From NCBI RefSeq assembly GCF_020745735.1, contig NW_026867534.1, positions 168,982 to 232,981 of the forward strand: 64,000 nucleotides of DNA, given 5' to 3'. The notes beneath the pieces were generated by a model. That model saw nothing but the letters and a program-made list of their open reading frames with translations, was not told where the DNA came from and did not search any database. Shown one piece after another: positions 37,797 through 47,827 of this stretch (position 1 is its first letter; every line of letters starts with the position of its first letter). The DNA is from Hemiscyllium ocellatum. Its lineage: Eukaryota. A program made the translations under genes and the position numbers.

Positions 37797-39296
37797 CAGA
37801 TGGACATATGATCTCAATTCCTTTCAGTCATTTACACTCCTGCCACCCTGCACCTGGCCCATGGCGAATCTGGCCCTGACTGGACCTGGCACCATCATTT
37901 TCACAACCTCTGACAAAAGCCCACTACCCAAGACATGACCTCAGCCCTTGATCACTGACCTCTCATCTTACCCAAGACAACCTGTGCACATTGCATCCTA
38001 GCTCCGCTGGCATCTGTGCTTTACAACCTACCATTTTGCCAGACTCCGAGCTTTGCATTTTGACAACATGTCCACCTGTCACTTCATTCCAGTGACCTTC
38101 CACCCCCGAAACATCCTGGCACTCTGCCCACCTCTACACTAACCAGCCTGGCATACTGCCCACCTCTCCATAAACCAGCCTGGCAAAGACAGACCTCCTG
38201 CATTTCAGCTCAAACTACCCCTCACCTACCAAGCACAATTCGACTAAATTATCCTGTGACCATTACCATTTACCTTGATGCCACCTTTTGCCAGACAGAG
38301 TGCACGCAAGCTTACCCAGCAGCCAGCCAACCAGCCTCCCAGCCCAAACTCTCCCACATGCCCAATCTAGCCCCTCACTTGCTCACCACCTTCCAACTTT
38401 AAGCCTCCTCCACCATAAAGTCAGTGAGTCATAAAGTCGTACAGCACAGAAACAGTTCCTTTGGTCCAGCCCATCCATGCTGACCAGAGTTCCCAAATTA
38501 AACTCATTCCACTTGCCTGCCTTTGGCCCATATCCATCCAGACCGATCCAGTTCCTGTAGCTGTTCAAATGTCTTCTCAATGTGGGACCGATCTCTGCAC
38601 TTACCGCTTCCTCTGGCAGTTCATTCCAATGTTTTGGACAGTTACAACATGAAGCCCTAACTCCTGCACTCAGTGCTCTGACCAATGAAGGTACATGTGC
38701 CAAACACCTTCAACACACTAGGTACTTGAGACAACGCTTTCAAGAATCGATGAGTCTTGAATCTATGAATTTCTGTGGTGGAGAATTCCAAAAGAATTCA
38801 CCATTCTTTTGTTGAACAGGAAACAGTCAGGTTCAATGTTATCGAGTGTTGGGAAGACTGGTGAGCAGCAAGATTAATGATGATCCCATGAATGGAATAG
38901 CCTTCTAGAGAGGCCGAGATGCCTTCTTCAGCTTCCATTTTGCATGCTGACATGTCCCTTCGGCAGCATGTTCCAAAATTGTGATCCTTGAGGATAAGGA
39001 CACACATGCATGTAAAGCTTTCCTCCAAATCAGACTTCAAAATGACTCTAAACTATTTTCCTGTCCATTTCCTCTTCCTCAATCACAGCCATGGGACTCA
39101 CTTCCTAACAGCGCTGTGAATGTGCTAATACCACACAAACTTCAGCAATTCAAATAGACTGATGACAACTGGTTTCTCAAGGCGATATAAAAAGTCTGAC
39201 ACTTCCACACCTGTCTCGAGATTCAAACAACCACTGGACGAATTGAAAATTATTTGAGGCACTTGTGTGTCTACAAAAGATGACATGGTTTCCTTT

Positions 39297-39504
39297 GTTA
39301 AAAATCACACTACACCAGGTTATAGTCCAACAGGTTTAATTGGAAGCAAACTACCTTTCGGAGCGACACTCCAATATCACCTGACAAAGGAGCGTCGCTC
39401 CGAAAGCTAGTGTGCTTCCAATTAAACCTGTTGGACTATAACCTGGTGTTGTGTGATTTTTAACTTTGTACACCCCAGTCCAACACCGGCATCTCCAAAT
39501 CATG
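39297..39504. mobile_element. Second PLE-derived family: 76-bp inverted arms with hammerhead-like core
   Basis: Arms 39297-39372 and 39389-39464. The plus strand reads CTGACAA-A-GGAGC-GTC-GCTCC-GAAA-GCTA. Confidence 0.8.
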
Positions 39505-39600
39505 GTTTTCTTTTTGTGTGATTTGACTGTGTTTTCACTAAATGAACAGAGGTATTGCTTAATCATATAATAGGAATGAAGCTTCCCTCATTTTTAGCAA

Positions 39601-39792
39601 CTGCTGAAAATGTGTTGCTGGAAAAGCGCAGCAGGTCAGGCAGCATCCAAGGAGCAGGCAGCATCCAAGGAGCCCTTCCTGAAGAAGGGCTCATGCCCGA
39701 AACATCGATTCTCCTGCTCCTTGGATGCTGCCTGACCTGCTGCGCGTTTCCAGCAACACATTTTCAGCTCTGATCTCCAGTCCTCACTTTCT
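39601..39792. mobile_element. PLE-derived head-to-head insert with 15-bp TSD and plus-strand hammerhead core
   Basis: TSD CCTCATTTTTAGCAA at 39586-39600 and 39793-39807; CTGAAGA-A-GGGC-TCAT-GCCC-GAAAC-ATC at 39679-39706. Confidence 0.85.
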
Positions 39793-40499
39793 CCTCATTT
39801 TTAGCAAGGCAATCACACATTATATTTCTTGATTCCAGGGAAGTATAGTGTTAAATTAATGAAATATGATGATTGGGATGTTTCCATTGGAAATTGTCAG
39901 AGATTTAAAGCTTACTTTCATGAGCAATTAATTCCAGCCTCATTGTGTCACAGTATTCACAGGAATGTCTTTCAGAAATGGTGTCTCCCTTTGTTATGGG
40001 CAGTCGAATCAGTAAATCTGGGATAGTTTTTGCTTGTTAAACAAAGGTGTTAAAGAGTTTTAGCCAAAGGGAGACCTGGGGATTGAGCTCACAGATGCAC
40101 CATGATCTAAGTAAGTGGTGGAACAGCTCGAGGGGCTGAGTGCCCTCCTCTTGTTCCTACCTTCCTATCATTGTGTCATTCATTAAGCTTGCACTGGCTG
40201 TGAATACTTCTCATTAAAATATTTCAACAAATTAATTGTTTCACACATGCTTTTAAAAAAACTTCTGTTGATTATTTGGAACGGGATCATTGACATTCTC
40301 TATTTGAGTGATCAAAATAACTTCCACCCAATTACAGCAGCCACTGCACTCTGCAGTGTGTTGTTACTTCATAATAGTTTCTTGTGAAACTACAGCTCGA
40401 GATCGGGGCACTCAAATTCAATAATATCTCTGAACATTCGCAATTTGTTCAAATGCATCTTTTCTCTGAAGAACTTGTTCAATCGAACAGAACTTTTTT

Positions 40500-40635
40500 C
40501 GATGAAACAACAAACTTTAAATGCTAGAAAACCAAAATAAAGACAGAAACTTCTGAAGAAACTCAGCAGGTCTAGCAGCTCCTGTGGAGAGAAGGCAAGG
40601 TTAACCTTTCGCATCCAAAGACCCCCTCTTCACCA
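40500..40635 (-). mobile_element. Third PLE-derived family remnant (related pieces at ~22440-22500 and ~62480-62580)
   Basis: GAAACTCAGCAGGTCTAGCAGCTCCTGTGGAGAGA...GGTTAACCTTTCG; hammerhead core mutated. Confidence 0.55.
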
Positions 40636-42486
40636 AATTGTTTTCATGTTTTTGACACAAGAGCTCACATCTGTTGAGATAAACAGTGATTACGTTGGCT
40701 TGACTCCTGTTGGAAACAGAATTCTTAGCAGAGATACTGGATGGTCTGAGATAGCAATGGAAGACCAACTGAAAAGCTATCACCATCTGCTGCAAGTGTT
40801 GGATTCAGCAGAACACTCACCGTACTGAACTATCAAATTCAGCTACAGCACTGGTTTAATATAAAGTAAAACAGTCTCAGCATAATCTCATCAAATATGC
40901 TTTGAAATGATTCATTCTGGATTAGTTATAAATGATATTGTTAGAACAGCAAGTCAAAAGCTGGGATTTCTTTGAGCACTTACTCCATTAACCCCATCTA
41001 GCGATGCCCAAAAGCTTGTGAACAAATATTGATCTGGAAAAAGCTGCTAACCACCAAAATTCTGTTTAATATCTAAGAGACACAAGTAAGAACAGCGACT
41101 GAATAGATTTCACTGGCCTCTGTGAGTGGAATTCCAACAAACACCCAAACATCTCAATCTGCTTTCTTGCATTGAAGTAACCTGATAAGAGATGGTGTTA
41201 CATACCTCTCTAACAGGTTGTAAGTGAACACAGGCCACCTGGCACAGAATCAGGGACCCTACTATAACTTCACAACAGACCTGAACACAATGAGCTCGAC
41301 ACTATCACGGAGAACATAGCCCACCTGTTTGACATGTTAGTTATTAACACCTTCCAACAACCAGGGATTGTTCCAGAATGTTTGTACAATGAAAGTAACA
41401 TTTCAACATTTATCCAAGAATACTTTGACAGCAGCTCCAAATTGTTCAAACTCTATGGGAACTACAGAGGAATAAAACTAGGAATTGCATTGCCATCAAT
41501 TCACTGTCACTAGATTTCAACTTCGAACTCCCTTCCTCTTTCCCCTGTGGTTGTTGCTGCACCAGATGGTCTACTGAGTTTGAAAAAGATTAAAATGTTT
41601 TGAAGTGTAATATGACCATTGCCAGTGACATTAAAATCTGATAATAGGTTTTCAAATAATAAGATGCAAAAAAAAATTCTGATTCTACATTGTGCCACGA
41701 AACATCTCCTGCATAACTGAGGCACAAAGAAAATATGCAGCATATTTCCCTCTGCCTCGCTCAATCAAATATCTCTTGTTGCCAACAACCAATTTCAAAA
41801 CTCTTGCTATCTGCCTTTTGTTCCTGAAACGTTTGTTCTGATTGGAACAACTTAGTCAGGGCTCTCAATTCTGAGGCACCTATTGTATTTCTGGCAGATC
41901 AAAGTGGTTTTGAAGCACGAGATGAAACTGAACTGTCTGAGATTCAGGTATCCCAACTGGACAATTTACAAATGGTCAGGACCGTTGACAAGTTAGTCAG
42001 AGATAGCACTGAAACAAACTGTACAACAGACTTAATCCTAGAGGATACATTGCTCAACTCCTCACGTCAAATATATTCACTGTAATTGAATATTCATCAG
42101 AAGAACTAACCAGTGGATTAATGTGAATGAGAATGTGTTCACAATGAACATAAATAACCACTGAGTTAATAAACTTAATAAGTCATTGCATTTAACAAAA
42201 TTATTGAGGTGGGAAATATCGCCAATTAAAGCACAGATCTGGAGGAAATGGGTTATTCTCTAAATTATTTTTACATATTCTTAAAATATTCCTCAAACTG
42301 TGGAGATTTTGCATGCACTGCATAAACAATACTGCATTCCAGTGTGGAAAGCATTTCTGTTGAAGGAGTTAGGGCAAGGTTATTTTCTTGTTAACTACTT
42401 TTAATGAACTAAAATGTTTAAAAAGGTGTGAATTGAAAACATGCTTCTGTCTGGAGTTGCCCACTTTAACGGATGTCTAAGTAAAT

Positions 42487-42776
42487 GTGGCACTGCTGCC
42501 TCACAGATCCAGGTACCCAGGCTCGGTTCCAGCCTCGGGTGACTGCCTATGTGGAGTTTATACAATCTCCCCTGTGTCTGTGTGGATTTCCTCCCACAAT
42601 CCAAAGTTGTGCAAGTCAGGTGAACTGGTCATGCTATATTGTCTATAGTGTTAGGTGCATTAGTCAGGGGTAAATATAGGGTAGGGGAATGGGTCTGGGT
42701 GGGTTACTCTTCAGAGGGTCGGTGTGGACTTGTTGGGCCAAATGGCCCGATACATACTGCAGGAAATCTAATCTAA
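42487..42776 (+). mobile_element. HE1-type SINE
   Basis: CACTGCTGCCTCACAG...GGGTCGGTGTGGACTTGTTGGGCC...ATCTAATCTAA. Confidence 0.88.
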
Positions 42777-43019
42777 ATGATTGTCACACTGAACTGATGT
42801 GAGTAGATTCCTTCCGATCGCTACATTGCAATAAATTGGTCAAGTATATTAATTAAAATAAATAGTACTCTATTTTCAGTGTCTGAATAAACAATGTGCT
42901 CTGTTATCCTCTAGTTCATGTCTTCTGCAAATTTGTGAACTCTGCATCCGCCTGAACACATCAATGTAAAATGAATTCTCTGCGTTTGCAGCAAGTTCCC
43001 CCATGGTTTAAGAGGAGAG

Positions 43020-43361
43020 TTCCTACAGTATGGAAACAGGCCATTTGGCCCAACAATTCCACACTGACCCTCTGTTCAGTAATTAGCCCACCCAGACCCA
43101 TTCCCCCTAATTTATATTTGCCCCTGACTAATGCACCCTAACATACACATCCCTGAACACTATGGCTGTGCTCAATTACACAATCACCTGACCTGCACTT
43201 CTTTTAGACTGTGGTAGGAAACCAGAGCGCCCGAAGGAAACCCACGCAGACACAGGGAGGATGTGCAAACTCCACACAGGCAGTCACCCGAGGGTGGAAT
43301 CAAATTTGGGACCCTGGTGCTGTGAGGCAGCAATGCCAATCACTGAGCCACCATGCTGCCC
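43020..43361 (-). mobile_element. HE1-type SINE, inverted partner of 42487-42776
   Basis: Reverse-orientation copy ending CACCATGCTGCCC. Confidence 0.88.
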
Positions 43362-44974
43362 TGCGAGTTCATGAGTGGATTACTTTAATTAATTCGAAAT
43401 TTGGCCTTGGTCACATAACTCACTATAGCAGTTGTTTCCGAAAGAATGACTCTTCAGTTGATATTTTGTTGTAAAATGTAATTATTTATTTAAAATGCAC
43501 AGATTGGGAACACCTAAAGTACTGTGCAGGTTAAATAATTCAGTTAATGTTTTATTTTTATCCTGCAAATCCATTTTAATCAGGGACATAACAATTAATT
43601 AACTCAAGTTATGTGTGAAACTGATCAAAGCAGTGAACCTGATCTGTTCTTCATAGATTTGAGCAGAATTTCCAAATGGGCTTTGCCAATGATCTTTTCC
43701 AGCCAGAAAAATATGTATGTCGTGTACAGCGGAATTGAAAGGTGTTTCTTGATCAATTATAGCACAGTCATGGCATTTTTGCTCAAGAGCAAGAACTATT
43801 AGAACATTAGACTTTTGAAATTCTATTTATATTTCTCTATGACTTGTAAACTGTTTAAAGACAGACGTTGTGATTGAACTAGATAGTTGAGTTTTGAATT
43901 TGGATTGTAAAGCATGGATTAGATTAATCCTTAATTATTTATTTTAAGTAAAAATAGCGCCTGAAGGTATCTGTTTTCCCTTCATTTCTAAAACCTTTGC
44001 GATTTGCCTTTCACTTAATAATAGGCTTTATGAAATTTTAACTTGCATGCTGATTGCATTGAATGAGGAAAGAGCAGTTCACTGTCACCAACCGTGTTAA
44101 CATTGCAAAAACAATGTAGAAACCAGAAACAGTTTCCCAAATATAACACATTTAATGTTCCCCAAGCACAGTCCCTCCTCAACAGATCAACGATCACCAG
44201 ATCACAACACGGTGTGTTTGCAGCAGAACGAGCTCTGCAAACACTTTCAACAGAACCAAGAACATGATGTAACCTCACAACAAAAACAAATTGAAGTCTA
44301 ACAAAGCTGCTCAGAATCAAGCAAACTAATGATTAAATTGAATAGAAATAAAAAGTCATAACAGCAACCTTGTTGGTGAGGGGACTTAACACTTAAAACT
44401 GTAACGTTTCTGGCAATAGTTCAATTTACTTCCAACCTGCACACCCTTCCTGATCATGACAATCTTGTGCAGTGCACAGTAGAGTGGGGTTGAAGGCATA
44501 TATTGATTAATCACTTCAGGGTCAAAGCAAAATTACTGAATGGACAAATATTACCACATTATAATTTTAAGTTAGTTTCAATTACGTAATCTGATCAATT
44601 CTGCAGTTTCAGATTTTAGTCCCAAATTTTATTTTGAATGAGGCTACTCAAAACAAAATTCAGTTCGTTTACAATTAGAACGGAGTTTTTTAAAAAAGTC
44701 AACGCATTAAAAACTCGTTTTTTTTCATTTCTCACACTTCCGGGTTTCTGCCTTAAGTTGTTTTTCAGACCGTTACAAATAGATGTAATGTTTTCAATCA
44801 AGCAGAGAAAAATGTGTCATATAAGTTTAACAAATGCAGAAATGATTCATGAAAAACAAAAGAACTTCACAAATATTGGTAATGAAAAGTACTCCAGAGA
44901 GTCAATCTCCTCACCAGAAAGAAAACACCAATTCAGAAAGCATGAAAACGCAGATCAATTTCACAAACTGAATA

Positions 44975-45220
44975 AGAATCCAATCAACTCAATTCAACAG
45001 AATCCAGGAAAATAAAATCAGAATCCAATCAACTCAAAACAAAAGATTTGAATGAAACTTCATCAGAATCCAACCAATTCAGTTCAACAGAATCAAATAA
45101 AACAATTCCAAAAGCCAATCAACACAATTCAACAAAATCAAGTAAAAACAAAGCCAAAATCCAATCAACTCAATTCAACAGAATCAAGTAAAACAAACTC
45201 AGAATCTAATCAACAGAATG
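44975..45220. repeat. 45-bp degenerate tandem array (~5.5 units) in the JH-Cmu1 intron
   Basis: Units start at 44975, 45020, 45065, 45110, 45156 and 45201. Consensus is approximately AGAATCCAATCAACTCAATTCAACAGAATCAAGTAAAACAAACTC. Confidence 0.9.
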
Positions 45221-45732
45221 CAATATAGCACTGCAAGAAACTTTTATGACAGTTTCTAACCGGCTTGTCATCAACAAAATTCACAAAATAAATGAGAAAA
45301 TGTAATCATGGTAAGAGCATATATTCAGGAAATGAATAATGATATTTTAGCATATTTTAGTCATGTTTGGTAATATCTTGAACATCTTTGAATTCTTAGC
45401 GTTTGTTGTTGATAATAAAACTCACAGTCAGGGTGTCACTGGCATTAAACATTATTTATAGCTGACTGATTAAGAGACATTAGGTGTTTCAAGTAACCCA
45501 GCCACATAGAATGCCCATCTGATCAAAAAAAAGAGATACACCGAGCAACTGACTCCATCATCACCATTTTAACTATTTGCTAAGCATTAACTGAAGTCTA
45601 TAATCAGTCTGAACAAAAATCAATCCGAACCAAACCAAACTCAGCACAGAATCTGAGCTTCATTTAATTCAGAAATTAGTCACATGAATAGAAAGTTTTT
45701 AAAAAGCCACTAAGAAAGTTCAAAGTTCTTAC

Positions 45733-45780
45733 CTGAAGTCACTGTCACCATGGTCCCTTGGCCCCAGTAATCAAGATAGT
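45733..45780 (-). CDS. IGHJ: JH segment (YLDYWGQGTMVTVTS)
   Basis: WGxG motif, GTAAGA donor in phase 1. Confidence 0.97.
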
Positions 45781-45819
45781 CACAGTGTTACATTCTCTGG
45801 ACTGGGTCGCACAATAACT
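45781..45819 (+). other. JH RSS (23-RSS): CACAGTG-23-ACAATAACT
   Basis: Consensus heptamer abutting J, 23-nt spacer counted. Confidence 0.94.
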
Positions 45820-46146
45820 AGCTCTGCATAAAACAATTCAAAAATCTACCATCATTTTAAATTTTCAGAACCACAGGCAAAACAAAGTCACGATAAATCT
45901 TCATCACATAATTGCGCTAGTGAATTCTGATCATTCTTGATAAATTTTAATACTGTTTTATACTTCACAGAGTAACACATGAGCTGATTCTCAAAATCCC
46001 CAACTGGTGTATCAATAATTACCCAACCCTTTTACAAATTAAATAGTGATACTGGCATAAAACCCCACAGAACTAATACTGCGCTGCAAGTTAAGACGGT
46101 TTGTAGAAGTAATCACTGACTAGTTTCAAACAATGGAGGCTGAATA

Positions 46147-46174
46147 GGTTTTTGTATTGATCATAATTGCAGTG
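46147..46174 (-). other. D2 3' RSS (12-RSS): CACTGCA-12-ACAAAAACC
   Basis: Perfect nonamer at 46155-46147 and a 12-nt spacer. Confidence 0.92.
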
Positions 46175-46189
46175 TCACTCCAGCTATAT
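46175..46189 (-). other. Diversity segment D2 (ATATAGCTGGAGTGA, 15 nt)
   Basis: Lies between two 12-RSS. Frame 1 has two stops; frames 2 and 3 read YSWS and IAGV. Confidence 0.9.
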
Positions 46190-46217
46190 CACTGTGAGAC
46201 ACGTTGTGTCAAATACT
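46190..46217 (+). other. D2 5' RSS (12-RSS): CACTGTG-12-TCAAATACT
   Basis: Heptamer 46190-46196, 12-nt spacer, nonamer 46209-46217. Confidence 0.88.
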
Positions 46218-46520
46218 ATGACAGACTGTAAACTGTAAAATGCAAATAATTTCTTCACTTCCTAGAAAGCAGTGATTCAGACTCCTCTAAAAATGATTTG
46301 GTGTGTTATTTCAGCTTTTACTATTCATTGCATTTTGAAAGCTTGGAATACTTTTCCAGGTTTGGTCTGCATTTAACTTGACAATCAACACGAAGAAGGT
46401 AGAAAATAATTATACATTTGTACAAACTAGCCCGACTGGATTGTGTTTAAATTGCATCTCACATTATTTCACGCTCCTGCCACGGTAGAAATCACCAATT
46501 TGAGATAAATCCTTGTCAGT

Positions 46521-46558
46521 GGTTATTGTATGAGGATGTCGCTGTGAACAGCACTGTG
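46521..46558 (-). other. D1 3' RSS (22-nt spacer): CACAGTG-22-ACAATAACC
   Basis: Consensus heptamer, 22-nt spacer typical of shark D1, near-consensus nonamer. Confidence 0.93.
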
Positions 46559-46572
46559 ACCCACTGTAGTAT
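46559..46572 (-). other. Diversity segment D1 (ATACTACAGTGGGT, 14 nt)
   Basis: Flanked by heptamers on both sides. All three frames open (ILQW / YYSG / TTVG). Confidence 0.92.
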
Positions 46573-46600
46573 CACAATGATGTAGACCAGTACACTCATT
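46573..46600 (+). other. D1 5' RSS (12-RSS): CACAATG-12-ACACTCATT, degenerate nonamer
   Basis: Heptamer abuts D1. The nonamer at the 12-nt position matches ACAAAAACC at only 4 of 9 positions. Confidence 0.75.
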
Positions 46601-46948
46601 CTCTGTTCTTTACTCTAGGTCTCAATTATCATTTGAAAGAGCCATTTAGTACTGATTATGTTTAGAATGAATGCCATAGTTGACATAACAATTAGCAGTG
46701 ATTTCCTGAGCTGTCAGATATATTTTGTCCGAGCATTTAATTGATGGAAGTGTTAGCAGTACATATGACATGTCTAAAACATTGTCCCATTGTGTCACCA
46801 GTTTGCTAGTTTAAATGGTACATTTCCTCTTTGATAGCTTTGTAAGAGGCAGCCTGAGGTCTGCTTCAGATCGCAGTTGGTATAATTGCATTTAAAACTC
46901 AAACTGACCATCAGTTTATGATGGAATTGACAAAATGTTCCCTCGAGC

Positions 46949-46987
46949 TGTTTTTGAATGGGTCCAGCCCTGGTTCCTCTCGCTGTG
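46949..46987 (-). other. VH 3' recombination signal (23-RSS): CACAGCG-23-TCAAAAACA
   Basis: Heptamer 46987-46981, 23-nt spacer counted, nonamer 46957-46949. Confidence 0.93.
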
Positions 46988-47289
46988 GTATCTTGCACAG
47001 TAATAGATGGCGGTGTCTTCGATCTTCAGGTTAGTCATGTCCAACGAGAAAATGTTTGAAGTGTCTTTGGACGCAGTAAATCGACCCTTAATCGCTGGTG
47101 CATAGTTATTGCTGGATGGATTCTTGTACTCAAGCAGCCACTCCAGACCCTGGCCGGGAACCTGGCGGACCCAGTACATCCAGTAGCTGCTGAGATCGAA
47201 CCCGCTGGTTTTACAGGTCAGTTTCAGGCTGCCTTCGGGACGGCCAGTCTCTGCCTCTGGCTGGGTCAAAACAACCTCTGACTGGACAC
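46988..47289 (-). CDS. IGHV: Germline VH segment: (C)[25 protein letters not shown]...[12 protein letters not shown]...DTAIYYCAR
   Basis: Open frame with Cys22, Trp36 and the YYC motif. In phase with the leader and followed directly by an RSS. ORF track 46916..47269. Confidence 0.97.
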
Positions 47290-47418
47290 CTTTAAAAAAG
47301 CCAAGAAATAAACCATGAGCATTAATGCAGATGAAATGATGCCTGAGTCTTTTACATTCCTGAGGTGGACTAACATTGAGACAGTAACAAAGACAGACTT
47401 AAACAAAAAAACACTCAC

Positions 47419-47467
47419 ATGATAAGAAAGTCAGTAATAAACTGAGAAAAATTGTCGACACAATCAT
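47419..47467 (-). CDS. IGHV: IgM VH leader exon (signal peptide MIVSTIFLSLLLTFLS-C)
   Basis: ATG at 47467, 16 hydrophobic codons plus 1 nt, then GTGAGT donor (phase 1). The 129-nt intron ends at TTTAAAG (47290). Confidence 0.93.
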
Positions 47468-47554
47468 TCTGATAACTTCTGGGAAGCGGTTCTGTCAAGA
47501 TCTTTCTAAACAAAGCCGATCCCGGAGTGTTGAATTACGGTCCAGTGCCTAGGA

Positions 47555-47560
47555 TTTATA
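47555..47560 (-). promoter_or_regulatory. VH promoter TATA box (TATAAA)
   Basis: Minus strand reads CATATAAAT about 88 nt upstream of the leader ATG. Ets-type GGAA cores (CAGGAAAC, GCGGAAG) lie 30-50 nt further upstream. No ATGCAAAT/ATTTGCAT octamer seen in the ~1 kb upstream, as expected for shark IgH promoters. Confidence 0.7.
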
Positions 47561-47827
47561 TGGCCATCGGAAAGGGCAGGCTTACAGCTTCCGCCTGTTG
47601 GTTTCCTGCTGGAGGCTGAGACTGGATCCTGGTCTCAGCTTGCACAGCCCCAACACATGGGCTCATGTATTTACCAGGTTACGCTTAAACATGGATATAT
47701 ACACATCTTGGGATATTTATTTTGCTGAATAGCTTCTTTGGGAGTGTTTTTTTTAAATGGTGGAAGTAAAATTGAGTAGCTTCAGGTCTGTTTCACATGA
47801 TAGTTGCAAGTATTTTGTTTTTAAAAA

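Noticed and set aside
44975-45220. CRISPR-like array
   Set aside because: Whole units are degenerate copies of each other with no unique spacers, and the DNA is vertebrate.
46788-46794. Extra heptamer (CACAATG on the minus strand) suggesting a third D
   Set aside because: No nonamer at 12 or 23 nt and no partner heptamer.
45733-47467. Germline-joined (pre-rearranged) cluster or IgM1gj
   Set aside because: V, D1, D2 and J are separate with all RSSs in place, and Cmu2 is present.
24499-47467. IgW or IgNAR
   Set aside because: Exactly four C domains, a mu-type tailpiece, a CH1 with a light-chain Cys, and a conventional VH with full FR2/CDR2.
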